From Candidatus Bathyarchaeia archaeon (GTDB lineage Archaea; Thermoproteota; CALKCG01; B24), in the NCBI GenBank assembly GCA_038870975.1, contig JAVZJD010000001.1, forward strand, positions 704,001 to 768,000: a stretch of DNA of 64,000 nucleotides, read 5' to 3'. How positions within the stretch are numbered: the stretch's first letter is position 1; every line of letters starts with the position of its first letter. A program made the position numbers and the translations under genes. Below, piece by piece: positions 19,205 to 29,630 of this stretch. The notes under the pieces were generated by a model. That model was not told where the DNA came from. It worked only from the letters and a program-made list of their open reading frames with translations, and did not search any database.

Positions 19205-20605
19205 TTGGCTTTCAAATTTGTCCATAGTGGGTTAATTCTTTCAACAGTTAAGGAAATTAAAGGTCCACTTCTATTCGTCGAAGCCAAGAACGTGAGTTAC
19301 GGTGAGCTTGTAGAAATTACAACTCATACTGGTGAAGAGAGGCTTGGTCAAGTAATCGAAGTAGCAGAAAATATAGCTATTATTCAAGTCTTCGAAGGAA
19401 CATCCGACCTAGAAATTCGGAAGACAAAAACTAGATTCACAGGTGAACCGATTAAACTTGGTGTTTCAATGGACTTATTGGGTAGGATTTTCAACGGTAG
19501 AGGTGAAGCCATAGACGGTGGACCCAATCCTATACCTGAGTATGAATTAGATGTTCATGGTATACCAATAAATCCATTTTCAAGAGCCCATCCATCTGAA
19601 TTCATTCAGACAGGAATATCTGTTATAGATGGTATGAACACGCTCGTCAGAGGCCAGAAGCTTCCAATATTTTCGGGTGCTGGCCTTCCTCACATGCTCT
19701 TGGTTTCTCAGATAGTAAGACAAGCCAAGGTTCGGGGTGAAGAAGAAGAGTTTATAGTGGTCTTTGGAGCCATGGGTGTGACGGCTGATGAAGCTAGATG
19801 GTTTAGGGAAGATTTTGAAAATATGGGTGTTATGGATCGAACCATAATGTTCATAAACCTAGCTGAAGACCCAGCTATTGAAAGGCTCTTAACGCCTAGG
19901 CTTGCTCTTACAGCAGCTGAGTATTTTGCTTTCGAACATGATATGCATGTGCTGGTTGTGCTTAGCGATATGACATACTACGCTGAGGCGTTGAGAGAAG
20001 TTTCAGCAGCTAGGGAAGAAGTTCCAGGTAGAAGAGGGTATCCCGGATACATGTATACGGATCTGGCATCCATATATGAAAGAGCTGGTAGAATCCGAGG
20101 TCGTAAGGGCTCTGTAACTCAGATACCCGTTTTAACGATGCCGGAAGACGATATAACACATCCAGTACCAGACTTAACAGGTTATATTACTGAAGGGCAG
20201 TTAATCATGGATAGAGACATGTACCGGCGTGGAATATATCCACCAGTAAATCCTCTTCCATCCCTCTCGAGACTTATGGACGCGGGCATAGGTTCAGGTA
20301 AGACTAGAAAAGACCACAAGCAGCTCTCAGATCAACTTTACTACTGTTACGCCGAAGGTAGAGCTATGAGAGAGGCCGCCATGATTTCAGGTGAAGCTGG
20401 TTTATCTGAAAGAGATAAACTATACTACACTTTCGCAGAGGAGTTTGAAAGGAAGTTTATAAACCAAGGTGTTTACGAAGACAGAGACATTGAGAAGACG
20501 TTGGATATTGGTTGGGAGCTTCTTTCAATATTTCCTGAATCGGAGCTCGTTAGAATAGACCCGTCCATTATAAAGGAGTATCATCCAAAGTACAGGAGGA
20601 GTTAA
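19205..20605 (+). CDS. atpB: A/V-type ATP synthase subunit B
   Basis: [34 protein letters not shown]. Confidence 0.97.
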   Translation: MAFKFVHSGLILSTVKEIKGPLLFVEAKNVSYGELVEITTHTGEERLGQVIEVAENIAIIQVFEGTSDLEIRKTKTRFTGEPIKLGVSMDLLGRIFNGRGEAIDGGPNPIPEYELDVHGIPINPFSRAHPSEFIQTGISVIDGMNTLVRGQKLPIFSGAGLPHMLLVSQIVRQAKVRGEEEEFIVVFGAMGVTADEARWFREDFENMGVMDRTIMFINLAEDPAIERLLTPRLALTAAEYFAFEHDMHVLVVLSDMTYYAEALREVSAAREEVPGRRGYPGYMYTDLASIYERAGRIRGRKGSVTQIPVLTMPEDDITHPVPDLTGYITEGQLIMDRDMYRRGIYPPVNPLPSLSRLMDAGIGSGKTRKDHKQLSDQLYYCYAEGRAMREAAMISGEAGLSERDKLYYTFAEEFERKFINQGVYEDRDIEKTLDIGWELLSIFPESELVRIDPSIIKEYHPKYRRS

Positions 20606-20606
20606 A

Positions 20607-21278
20607 ACGTCTGTTGAACTAGCATCTGTTCCAATAACTAGGGAAGGGCTTTTAACGCTTCATAGGAGAAAGAGTTTAGCATTAGCTGTATTGGATTTAT
20701 TGAATAGAGATTTAGAAGTTTTGGTGAAGGAGTTCTTTCGTTTAATCAAAGAAGTGGAAGCTGCCAGATGGAGGTTGTACGAAAACCTACGTGAAACCTA
20801 TAGGCGTTATGCTGAGGCTGAAATGGTTTTAGGTGCTAGAAGAGTAAGGCTATTGGCCTTAACAAATGTAGAAGAAGATGTGTTAAAAATTAAGGTGAGG
20901 GAAAAAAGGATGGTTGGAGTTCGTCTTCTCAATGTTTTAATACCGTCTGTAGAGTCTGTAGAGAAACCAACAGCTCTACTAAATTACAATCTATTAGATA
21001 CGTCTGCTGTGGTGGAGGATATGGTAAATCAAGTAAGAGAATCTCTTAGAATCATTGTCAGAGTTATTGAAGCCGAAGCGACTCTTGATGCAATAGCACA
21101 AGCCATGGGGATTACTAAGAGGAGAATTAACATCATACAGTATAGGATCATACCCAGTATAGATAGAATGATACGGTATATAGAATCTATTTTAGAAGAG
21201 AGGGCTAGGGAAGACGCTATAAGAATAAGGATTTTACAGAGAAAAAGGAAAGTTCGCTCGGCTGTTACAGCATCGTAA
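20607..21278 (+). CDS. atpD: A/V-type ATP synthase subunit D (N-terminus extended to a putative ACG start)
   Basis: In-frame upstream PITREGLLTLHRRKSLA matches the subunit D N-terminus; TKRRINII...LEERARED. Confidence 0.85.
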   Translation, partial: TSVELASVPITREGLLTLHRRKSLALAVLDLLNRDLEVLVKEFFRLIKEVEAARWRLYENLRETYRRYAEAEMVLGARRVRLLALTNVEEDVLKIKVREKRMVGVRLLNVLIPSVESVEKPTALLNYNLLDTSAVVEDMVNQVRESLRIIVRVIEAEATLDAIAQAMGITKRRINIIQYRIIPSIDRMIRYIESILEERAREDAIRIRILQRKRKVRSAVTAS

Positions 21279-21606
21279 GCATCATGAGGGCTATTATTAA
21301 GGCGTATATGGCAATAGCTTCTATGAATACGATGTAGATAAGTGTAGAAGAGGCTATTTCTGGTTTTTCTGCCACGGCACCTATGGCTGCTGATGCTGCA
21401 CGTGAGAGGGCCATTGCGACAAGACTAAGCACTACGGCGACCATTATACTTATGACAAGAAAAGCCACATTTCTTTCGCTAAATACCTTGTCAAGTACAT
21501 CGCCAATTGTAGAGTCATTTGTCTCAGCTCCCATAGTTGCAACTGGTAGAATCACCATTATGAGTACTGCAATTGCTAAAACCGTTTTCTTAGCCAGGGA
21601 TGTCAT
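21265..21606 (-). CDS. atpK: A/V-type ATP synthase subunit K (c, proteolipid) with signal-peptide-like N-terminal extension
   Basis: AIGAVAEKPE...FIEAIAIYALII; carrier Glu followed by Ala (no ET/ES), suggesting H+ coupling. Confidence 0.9.
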   Translation of the reverse strand: MTSLAKKTVLAIAVLIMVILPVATMGAETNDSTIGDVLDKVFSERNVAFLVISIMVAVVLSLVAMALSRAASAAIGAVAEKPEIASSTLIYIVFIEAIAIYALIIALMMLTML

Positions 21607-21855
21607 AGTGAATAATTTTTCAAGTCGTTGCTTATATAAATTTCTTTCTCCACGTCCTTTTAATTACGGGTTCTACTGTTATGATGACTACTTCTAACAG
21701 CACTCGAGGCTCATGGATTTATTATTTGGTTAGAAATTTTATTGAATTGTAAAGTGCCTTGTTGACGGGTGCTCTTCTAAAACTCTATCTAGATTTTTAT
21801 GATGTTTTTAACGACGGAAACTTTATAATCTAGCTTAATATCTCTATCAGCCTAG

Positions 21856-22182
21856 TTGAGCAGTATAGCTGTTATTGCAGATAAGGATACTGCCTCTCTC
21901 TTTAAACTTGCAGGGTTGAAGTTCAGCTTAACCGCTAACTCTCCTGATGAAGCCGAAAAAGCTTTAAAAATGCTTATGGAAAAAGGTTTTAAAGCAGTAG
22001 TTATTACAAAGAATTTAGCTCAACAAATGCAACAAACGATATTCAGCCTTAAGAGAGGACGGAAATACCCGATTATAATAACCATACCTGGTGTAGGTGA
22101 GCCGATAGAGAAAGAAGTGGTTACAATACATGAATATTTGAAGAGGTCTCTAGGTATCGAATTAAAAACAGAAGAGCGTTAA
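21856..22182 (+). CDS. atpF: A/V-type ATP synthase subunit F
   Basis: IAVIADKDTASLFKLAGL...PIIITIP...SLGI. Confidence 0.9.
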   Translation: MSSIAVIADKDTASLFKLAGLKFSLTANSPDEAEKALKMLMEKGFKAVVITKNLAQQMQQTIFSLKRGRKYPIIITIPGVGEPIEKEVVTIHEYLKRSLGIELKTEER

Positions 22183-22513
22183 GATATTGAGTTGAGTAAG
22201 CATACGTGATTTCCTCCATTAACCTTCCCTCTCACCATTTCATGGAGAGATTTCGAAGCGTGGCCATGCCTTTTACATATAGAGGTTTTAACGTATATAA
22301 CGCAGTAACCATTATCGTAAAATCACGCTTTCACGCGCTATCAGCCTGTCTTCGTATCTTCGTAGGATGGTGCACTTCTTAAGTATATAAATCTTTGAAA
22401 ATTTCAACGTTTTCTTTTGCCATTGAGCATTGTGTCCTCCCCTTCAATAGATTCGATGAAGCATAAATGCAACATATAAATAGGCTCTGTTAATTATCTA
22501 TTGATGATCCCTA

Positions 22514-23530
22514 TTGAAAGCCGCTTTTATAGATAAGCCACGTAGTTTAAATATTGTAGATAGGGATATTCCGTCGGTCAAGCCTAGAGAAGCCATCGTA
22601 AAGGTTCATGCATGTGGTGTCTGCGGTACGGATATTCACATTTATGAAGGTGTTATGCCTTGGGCTAGGCTTCCATTAATTCCAGGTCATGAGTTTTCCG
22701 GTGTTGTCGTAGATGTTGGTGAAAACGTAGATATTATATCCATCGGCGACGTTGTTGCAGTAGATCCAAATATTACGTGTGGTTTATGTCGCTATTGTAG
22801 GAGTGGTAGACGAAACCTATGTTCTAAGGTTGAGTCTATAGGAGTTACTAGAGACGGCGGCTTTGCCGAGTATGTAGTAGCTCCAGTATCGCAATTGTAC
22901 AAAATTCCGAGTGGATTAAGTCTAGATGAAGCTGCTTTTACAGAACCTGTGGCCTGTTGCTTACATGGTATTTCGAGACTATCAATTAAACCAGGTGAAG
23001 ACGTTTTAATAGTTGGAGCAGGCCCAATAGGTCTCATACATCTTCAATTGGCTAAGAGAGCTGGAGCTAGGAGCGTAATAGTTGTTGAAGTTAACGATAT
23101 GAGGCTTAAACTTGCGGGAAAACTTGGAGCTGATTTAACGGTAAATCCGTCTAAAGAGGACGTTGTAAAAGCCGTCAACGGCTTTCTTAGGGGTAAAGCT
23201 GTTGAAGCAGCTATAGATGCTGCTGGTGGCTCTACGCCACTTACATTAGCTTTGAAATGTTTAGAACCTGGTGGGCGTTTACTGGTCTTCGGCGTAGCTT
23301 CTGAAGACGACATATGGCCTATCAAGCCATATGAAATCTATAAGTTTGAGCTTACAATCGTAGGGAGCTTCATCAACCCATATGAAATGGAAGCTGCGTT
23401 AAACCTATTGGCATCAGGCGCTGTGAACGTTAAACCCTTGATAAGCCACATAATAAGCCTGAGAGACCTTGAGAAGGCCCTTAAACGCGAAATACCGAAT
23501 ACAATAAAGGTTTTGGTTAAGCCTCAGTAG
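22514..23530 (+). CDS. Zn-dependent MDR alcohol/polyol dehydrogenase
   Basis: CGVCGTD, GHEFSG, CGLCRYCRSGRRNLC, GAGPIG. Confidence 0.92.
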   Translation: MKAAFIDKPRSLNIVDRDIPSVKPREAIVKVHACGVCGTDIHIYEGVMPWARLPLIPGHEFSGVVVDVGENVDIISIGDVVAVDPNITCGLCRYCRSGRRNLCSKVESIGVTRDGGFAEYVVAPVSQLYKIPSGLSLDEAAFTEPVACCLHGISRLSIKPGEDVLIVGAGPIGLIHLQLAKRAGARSVIVVEVNDMRLKLAGKLGADLTVNPSKEDVVKAVNGFLRGKAVEAAIDAAGGSTPLTLALKCLEPGGRLLVFGVASEDDIWPIKPYEIYKFELTIVGSFINPYEMEAALNLLASGAVNVKPLISHIISLRDLEKALKREIPNTIKVLVKPQ

Positions 23531-23542
23531 TCCTGCCTCATA

Positions 23543-24007
23543 TCATAACTCTCTATTGCTCTCTTCTTCGACCTTTATTTTCCTCACAACTTTTATGTCT
23601 ACTATCCTTGTGGAAGGATATTGTCCATGTTCATCTTTCTCAAACTGTTTACACATGTCGAAAACAGTGAGTAGTGCTGTTGTAACACCTACGAGTGCCT
23701 CAAGTTCAACCCCAGTTTTAGCTATAGCTTTAACGGTTACTGACGCTTCAACTCCTCCCTCAACTATGTTTAGTTTAACGTCTATCGACGTTATTGGAGC
23801 TATTTGGTGAGCTAACAATATTAAATCTGGCGTCTTCTTAACAGCGTTGATGGCTGCGAGTTGAGCAACTGTTATCACATCTCCCTTCGGTATCTTCCCA
23901 TCTTTAATAGCTGCTATGGTTTCGGGTCTAAGCATGATCAGCCCCCGTGCCTCAGCCTCTCTATAGACCTCTTTTTTACCAGTTATATCCACCATTTCAA
24001 CGCCCAT
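23543..24007 (-). CDS. moaC: Cyclic pyranopterin monophosphate synthase MoaC
   Basis: MVDITGK, KGDV, KTGVELEAL, DMCK. Confidence 0.93.
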   Translation of the reverse strand: MGVEMVDITGKKEVYREAEARGLIMLRPETIAAIKDGKIPKGDVITVAQLAAINAVKKTPDLILLAHQIAPITSIDVKLNIVEGGVEASVTVKAIAKTGVELEALVGVTTALLTVFDMCKQFEKDEHGQYPSTRIVDIKVVRKIKVEEESNREL

Positions 24008-24048
24008 GCTATTAACTCTAAACTTAAAACCGTCTAATTTATATTTAC

Positions 24049-25179
24049 TTGCCTAGAAAGCTATTCATGACCTTTATGAGAGATTTTTCCGAAAAACTTT
24101 CTAAGTTTAAAGGCTTTATAACAGGTCCTCAGGTCGACGAGTTTTTCAGAGAATTCGACATTAAATTCGGCGCTGGTGTTTGGGCTGCAGGAGATTTCTC
24201 AGATAGATTCAATAGAACCGGCTATTTTCCAGAAATTCCATCCGATTTGAAATCCAAGCTCAAACGTATCCGTGAAGCTGGTATAGAAGGCGTAGCATTA
24301 ATAAATTCCCAATTCGTAAAACCCGATTATTCAATCGACTGGGATCTCGTGAATGAGACCGAGGAATATCTAAGCGAATTCGAGTTGAAGCCTGCTGGTT
24401 TAGCGTTAGATTTATCTGGCTTTCCAAAGTGGAAACTTGGGACCTTAACAAACCCAGATGCACGGCTTAGGGAGGATGCGTTGAATATAATCCTTGAAAG
24501 CTTGGAAATAGCGAAACAGTTGAAAACAGATGTCGCTTCTCTATGGCCTGGTCAGGATGGTTGGGATTACAGTCTAGAAGTTAATTATGGTAAAAGGCTT
24601 GATTGGCTTTATGAAGGATGCTTGACAGTAGCTGAACAAGCTAAACGGCTTGGTTTGACTTTTTCAATAGAGGCTAAGGTTAAAGAGCCTAAAGAGGGAA
24701 ATATGATAATTCCTACTTCTCAATTTGCACTCCTCTTAGCAAAGAGTATAAACGAAAAACTTTGTTGCAAAGCGATGGGTATAACTATAGATTATGGTCA
24801 CGAATTGATGTACGCCGTAGAACCAGCCTTTACAGTTTATGCGGCAAAGAAGTTTGAAGTACCACTGGCAGCTTTCCATATAAACACCGCTAAAACACAC
24901 AGTAATGATGAAGACCGCGTCGTAGGCACGGGAGACTTTTGGACGTTTATAGACTTCCTCTACGCCTCTATAGATATTGGATATAAAGGCTGGATGGTGC
25001 TTGACCAATTCTCGTACAGAATGGATCCTGTTGAAGCTCTAAGGCTTTCCAAGGAGTTCTTCGCGAACTTCTATAAGAAAGCTTTAACCATTTACAATTT
25101 AAAAGATGAATTTGAGAAAGTCCGAGATACTGGCGATCAGGCTAAGATACTGCATTATGTTAAAGGCCTCTTAAATTAA
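24049..25179 (+). CDS. Xylose isomerase-family sugar isomerase
   Basis: WPGQDG, EAKVKEPK, DYGH, DEDR metal-site motifs. Confidence 0.78.
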   Translation: MPRKLFMTFMRDFSEKLSKFKGFITGPQVDEFFREFDIKFGAGVWAAGDFSDRFNRTGYFPEIPSDLKSKLKRIREAGIEGVALINSQFVKPDYSIDWDLVNETEEYLSEFELKPAGLALDLSGFPKWKLGTLTNPDARLREDALNIILESLEIAKQLKTDVASLWPGQDGWDYSLEVNYGKRLDWLYEGCLTVAEQAKRLGLTFSIEAKVKEPKEGNMIIPTSQFALLLAKSINEKLCCKAMGITIDYGHELMYAVEPAFTVYAAKKFEVPLAAFHINTAKTHSNDEDRVVGTGDFWTFIDFLYASIDIGYKGWMVLDQFSYRMDPVEALRLSKEFFANFYKKALTIYNLKDEFEKVRDTGDQAKILHYVKGLLN

Positions 25180-25369
25180 CGATCCCCTTTCTTTTTTGGT
25201 GATGCATAAAGCTATGTTATACAAAGGGTTTAATTATAATTTCATAGGTTTAGGTCTCCAAAATCCAACATCAAGTTTAGAGAAATACAACTTTATCGTT
25301 TTCATACGCAAAGACTACTGTTATAAAGATCTTTAATGACATCTATTCTAGGTTAGAGCTGATAGAATA

Positions 25370-26215
25370 TTGGTGAGGTCGATTCCAGATATGAAGGAAA
25401 CAATAATAGCTGCTTCAACCCATAACATTAAAAAGCCCTATGCTAATTGGCTTCGAGACATACATTCTCTAGGGTTTCGTTACATTGACGTTGAATTTTT
25501 CAAAATCGTTGATGAGCCATATACTATTGGAGACAGCATAAGTAGGCTAAAATCGATAGAAAGCGATGCGGTACAAGAACTTAAAAACTGGGTTGAAAGT
25601 AGCATGTTGAGAGTTGTTTCATTCGAAGCAGGGGCGCTTTTTGTAGACGATGATAAAAGGCTTAGAAAATCCATTGCCAGAATTCGTGAAGTCATTTCTG
25701 CAGCATTGTCCTTTAAATGCTCGATGGTTACTGTTACCCCTTCATCGTTTAAAGAGGTTGTCTCAAGAGAAGATATCGTCAAGGGTTGTAGAGTTTTAAT
25801 AGATGAATGTGAAAGTTACAACGTTAAACTCGTACTCGAAAACGGTGAAGTAGGCTCGATTAAAATCCTCAGGAAGCCCGAAGACATTAGCTACGTAATC
25901 GAGAGAGTGGATTCGCCGATTCTGGGTGTTTGTGTAGACGTTGCAGCAGCCGCTACCATAGACTTCAACATCGTTTCTTACGTGTCGCGTTTTATAGATC
26001 ATATTGACATAATCCATATAAACGATGTGACAAGAGACCTTAAGTTTAAAAACCTCATAGTAGGGCTAGGCGATCTAAAGTTTGATCCCTTCGTAAGGCT
26101 CGTTAAAAAATACGGCATCCCAATGGTTATAGAAATATACTCTGGTTATGGGCCTGTAGACTTATACCTATGTAAAAGACAGATAGAGAAAATCATCCGA
26201 CAGGTAGACTACTAA
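25370..26215 (+). CDS. Sugar phosphate isomerase/epimerase (AP-endonuclease-2 TIM barrel)
   Basis: LVLEN, GVCVD, IIHIND, G.GD, VIE. Confidence 0.75.
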   Translation: MVRSIPDMKETIIAASTHNIKKPYANWLRDIHSLGFRYIDVEFFKIVDEPYTIGDSISRLKSIESDAVQELKNWVESSMLRVVSFEAGALFVDDDKRLRKSIARIREVISAALSFKCSMVTVTPSSFKEVVSREDIVKGCRVLIDECESYNVKLVLENGEVGSIKILRKPEDISYVIERVDSPILGVCVDVAAAATIDFNIVSYVSRFIDHIDIIHINDVTRDLKFKNLIVGLGDLKFDPFVRLVKKYGIPMVIEIYSGYGPVDLYLCKRQIEKIIRQVDY

Positions 26216-26328
26216 GTTAAAATGGACAAAAACCGTTTAGATAATCCCCGTTATTTCTTAAAGAATTAAGTTAGGTTGATGGTATAGGAGACGTAAAAAT
26301 TCTACCTAGCAAACGGACTTTTAATAAG

Positions 26329-26403
26329 TGCGGCTGGCGGGATTTGAACCCGCGATCTGGGGCTTGGGGGGCCCCAATCCTAACCAGACTAGACCACAGC
26401 CGC
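26329..26403 (-). tRNA. tRNA-Gly(CCC), C at position 33
   Basis: GCGGCTG/CAGCCGC acceptor stem; GGGGC-CCCCCAA-GCCCC anticodon arm; GGTTCAAATCC T-arm. Confidence 0.9.
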
Positions 26404-26448
26404 ACAGCCTCTAAAAACTCAAAAATTACTAGAGGGGTTTATTAATTT

Positions 26449-27156
26449 TTAAGAGTTATGGTTCATCAGGTTTCCCGCGTTAGAATCTAGCTTCGTTTGC
26501 CTTCCTTCTTCAATACTTCGCATATAATTGCTATTTATAAGTCGGTATATGGCTTCAGCTTTTGTCTGATTTAATCCTTTAATCTTCATCAGCTCTGCTA
26601 CTGATGCGTTAAAAACTCTCCTGAGGTTTCCAAACTTCTCCAATGCTCTCTCAGCTAATATCGGTCCCATGCCAGGTAGTGATGTTAAAACTTTAATCCT
26701 TTCATCTATTCTTCCGCCAGCCTTTGGAACTGTTATTGGCTGTTTTGACTCTCCTCTTCTAAGCAGTCTCAATGCCACAATGTATATGTGCTCAGCACTC
26801 TGCGTTTTATCATATGCGTATAGAATTGGCACTTCAAAGCCTAGGGATATTGCTGACATGGCTCCTAATACGGCTTTAGTCTTCGTCGTAAACTCGCTTA
26901 TTTTAGCCACGTCCCCCTCTAGCAGTAGAACTGGTTTTTCATAGTGTTCCTTGAGTAATTTAACCTGTTTGAAAAGCCGCCCGTCGAATATAGATGCTAT
27001 AAAGTCTGGCAGAGTCTTACGTTCAAAGGCTACTCTACTCGAAAGTACGTAGTCTCCGACTTCCAAAAGCTCATATACTATTCTAACACCTTTATCCTTT
27101 AATATCGATGGAACTCCTGAATCCCTCTCCCTCTCGTCGACAATTATCCTCATCAT
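26449..27156 (-). CDS. xpf: Short XPF/ERCC4 structure-specific endonuclease
   Basis: IVDERE, GDY, ERKT..D, HhH motifs, C-terminal PIP-like QTKLD. Confidence 0.9.
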   Translation of the reverse strand: MMRIIVDERERDSGVPSILKDKGVRIVYELLEVGDYVLSSRVAFERKTLPDFIASIFDGRLFKQVKLLKEHYEKPVLLLEGDVAKISEFTTKTKAVLGAMSAISLGFEVPILYAYDKTQSAEHIYIVALRLLRRGESKQPITVPKAGGRIDERIKVLTSLPGMGPILAERALEKFGNLRRVFNASVAELMKIKGLNQTKAEAIYRLINSNYMRSIEEGRQTKLDSNAGNLMNHNS

Positions 27157-27192
27157 CGTTATACTATTATTGTAGTCTGATATCTTTTAGGT

Positions 27193-27924
27193 TTATGACC
27201 TTTCTACTCTATTTTTAGTATTTAATCCAAGGTAGAGTCTTCCTAAATCTTCATTTTTAATTATTTCTTCTGAACGTCCAGAGGCTATACATCTACCGGA
27301 GACAAGCACATAGGCTTTATCAGATATCTCTAAGGCCTTTAGAACATTCTGTTCGGCTATTAAAACGGGTATTCCCATGTTCTTTATCTCGCGTATTTTA
27401 GATAAGACAATCGCGACGTTTTTAGGGGAGAGACTGGCTGTAGGTTCGTCTAGCAATAAAAGCTTAGGAGTGCCCATGAGAGCTCTAGCAATCGCTAAAA
27501 GTTGCCTCTCTCCTCCGCTTAAACTATCCGCCTTCCTATTCAATAGGGCTTTAAACTCGGGGAAAACCTCCAAAACCTCGTTAATATGCTTATTTAAGTT
27601 GTTTTTCCGGTTATAAGCACCGATCTCAAGGTTCTCCTTTACAGTTAAACTTCTAAAGACATTGTTGACTTGAGGCACATAGCCTATACCCATCCTCGCT
27701 AGTTTAGTTGCAGAGGCTCCTGTTATGTCGACTCCATTGTAGACTATGCTTCCTTTAAAGACTCTTGTAAACCCCATTATACTTTTGAGAACAGTAGACT
27801 TCCCACTTCCATTTGGTCCGAGTAGAGCGGCTACAGTTCCTCTATCTACTTCTATGCATATATCTTCTACGATAGGCATCCTCCAGTATCCTGCTGTTAG
27901 ATTTGAAACTTCTAAAACCCTCAT
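27193..27924 (-). CDS. livF: Branched-chain amino acid ABC transporter ATPase
   Basis: GPNGSGKS, LSGGERQLLAIARAL, EQN. Confidence 0.9.
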   Translation of the reverse strand: MRVLEVSNLTAGYWRMPIVEDICIEVDRGTVAALLGPNGSGKSTVLKSIMGFTRVFKGSIVYNGVDITGASATKLARMGIGYVPQVNNVFRSLTVKENLEIGAYNRKNNLNKHINEVLEVFPEFKALLNRKADSLSGGERQLLAIARALMGTPKLLLLDEPTASLSPKNVAIVLSKIREIKNMGIPVLIAEQNVLKALEISDKAYVLVSGRCIASGRSEEIIKNEDLGRLYLGLNTKNRVERS

Positions 27925-28685
27925 ATAGATCCCAGGTAAACCTTGATCACGTCCTCATTGTTTATAACGTCGGCGGGTTTTCCCTCGGCTATTATTTTCC
28001 CCTGGTGCATAACATGTACTTTGTCAACATGCTCCATTAGAAGTTCTATTCTATGCTCTACTATGAAAAATGTGACGCCGATTTTTCTCTTAATCTCTCT
28101 AAGTTTCATGTAGATGTCGTTGGCAAGTACCGGATTGACGCCTGCAGTAGGCTCGTCTAGAAGTATCATACTAGGTTGCGACATAAGTGCTCTCGCTATT
28201 TCGAGAAGCTTCATTTGACCTCCGGAAAGTTCAATAGCAGGTGTATAACAGTGTTCTTCCAACCCTAGGAACCCCAATATTTCTAAAGCCCTATCTTTAA
28301 TGTCTTTCTCAAATTTCAACCAATTTCTACGTTTAAACAGCGCTGGAAGAAAACCTTCTCCGGGATTTTTAACGCTTATGAGTAGGTTGTCTAGTACAGT
28401 CATTTTTTGAAGTATCCTAGGTATTTGAAAAGTCCTTACAAGTCCCCTATGGTATATTTGATGTGGCTGTAAGCCGTCTATACGCTCACCATTAAAAATA
28501 ACTTTACCAGAGTCAGGTTTATACACGCCAGTTAAAATGTTGAATAGAGTTGTTTTTCCACTTCCATTAGGACCTATGAGACCAACCATACCCCCCTTTT
28601 CAATGATTAGAGTAACGCCATTGACAGCTATTAAACCTCCAAAATGTTTAACCAAATTGTCGGTGGTTAAGAGCGGCGTATCCAA
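27921..28685 (-). CDS. livG: Branched-chain amino acid ABC transporter ATPase
   Basis: FGGLIAV, GLIGPNGSGKTT, RTFQ, DEPTAG, EH. Confidence 0.9.
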   Translation of the reverse strand: MDTPLLTTDNLVKHFGGLIAVNGVTLIIEKGGMVGLIGPNGSGKTTLFNILTGVYKPDSGKVIFNGERIDGLQPHQIYHRGLVRTFQIPRILQKMTVLDNLLISVKNPGEGFLPALFKRRNWLKFEKDIKDRALEILGFLGLEEHCYTPAIELSGGQMKLLEIARALMSQPSMILLDEPTAGVNPVLANDIYMKLREIKRKIGVTFFIVEHRIELLMEHVDKVHVMHQGKIIAEGKPADVINNEDVIKVYLGSI

Positions 28686-29629
28686 TTTTCCACCTCTATA
28701 AACTTAGACTTTACCATTTTACATAATGGCTTTCGATCAGGCTTAATCTTCTCCCTCAGTAACCCTTGAGGCCTATAGAATACAACTGTTATGACTAGAA
28801 TAGCTGTAAGCATAACCTGTAGGTTCACCGGGTCTAGAGGGAGGTTTAAATAGTCTTTAATTAGCCTAGAAGACCTCTGAAACCCCTCAACCATGAATGC
28901 GCCTAAAATAGCTCCTAGATTGTTAGCTGGACCTCCCAGGATCACCATCATCCATATTGAAAACGTCACTGTCGGCTCAAACATGTATGGGCTTACTGTG
29001 CCGATATACTGGGCGAAAAGGCTCCCGGCTAACCCAGATATAGCTGATCCTAGTGCGAAAACCTGCACTTTGTACTTGAAGACGTTCTTCCCATACGTGG
29101 ATGCTATGAGCTCATCCTCCCTTATGGTTTTCAATACTCTACCATATGGCGATTTAACAATAAGCTCACACAGTAGATAGCATAGTGTGAGAACAGTGTA
29201 TATCAAGACTATCTGGACGATAAGTCTCTCTCTAAACGTTATACCTGGGATTACTACTGCTGGAGGTATTCCGGAAATGCCCCAGACACCTCCAGTGAGC
29301 CACTCTTCATTCTTAACTATAAGCTTCATAACCTCGCCCAAAGTTATCATGGTTATGGCTAGGAAATCCTCCTTAAGCCTTAAAGCGGGAAGAGACGTTA
29401 AAACACCTATTACGCTGGCGGTCAATATGGCTAGTAAGCTGTTAACTATAAACGGATATTTCAGCCCACTCATAATAGCTGTTACATAAGCACCTACCAT
29501 GAAGAAGGCCACTTTTCCAAAGTTGGCTAAATTAGTATAGCCGTATTCTAGGTTTAAGCTTATAGATACTATTCCAAATATACCCGCATATGCGACTGCA
29601 TCCAGTAGATACATGAGTGGATCGGCCAT
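28667..29629 (-). CDS. livM: Branched-chain amino acid ABC transporter permease
   Basis: SLNL..GY...NFG..AF, LAITMITLGE, SPYGR.LKTIREDE, RPQGL. Confidence 0.9.
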   Translation of the reverse strand: MADPLMYLLDAVAYAGIFGIVSISLNLEYGYTNLANFGKVAFFMVGAYVTAIMSGLKYPFIVNSLLAILTASVIGVLTSLPALRLKEDFLAITMITLGEVMKLIVKNEEWLTGGVWGISGIPPAVVIPGITFRERLIVQIVLIYTVLTLCYLLCELIVKSPYGRVLKTIREDELIASTYGKNVFKYKVQVFALGSAISGLAGSLFAQYIGTVSPYMFEPTVTFSIWMMVILGGPANNLGAILGAFMVEGFQRSSRLIKDYLNLPLDPVNLQVMLTAILVITVVFYRPQGLLREKIKPDRKPLCKMVKSKFIEVENWIRRS

Positions 29630-29630
29630 G

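Noticed and set aside
21265-21606. Na+-coupled ATPase or novel c-subunit extension
   Set aside because: No Q...E(T/S) Na+ motif; signal-like extensions on proteolipids are already known in crenarchaea
22183-22513. 330-bp intergenic region as a pseudogene or RNA
   Set aside because: No recognisable translation or strong structure found by eye
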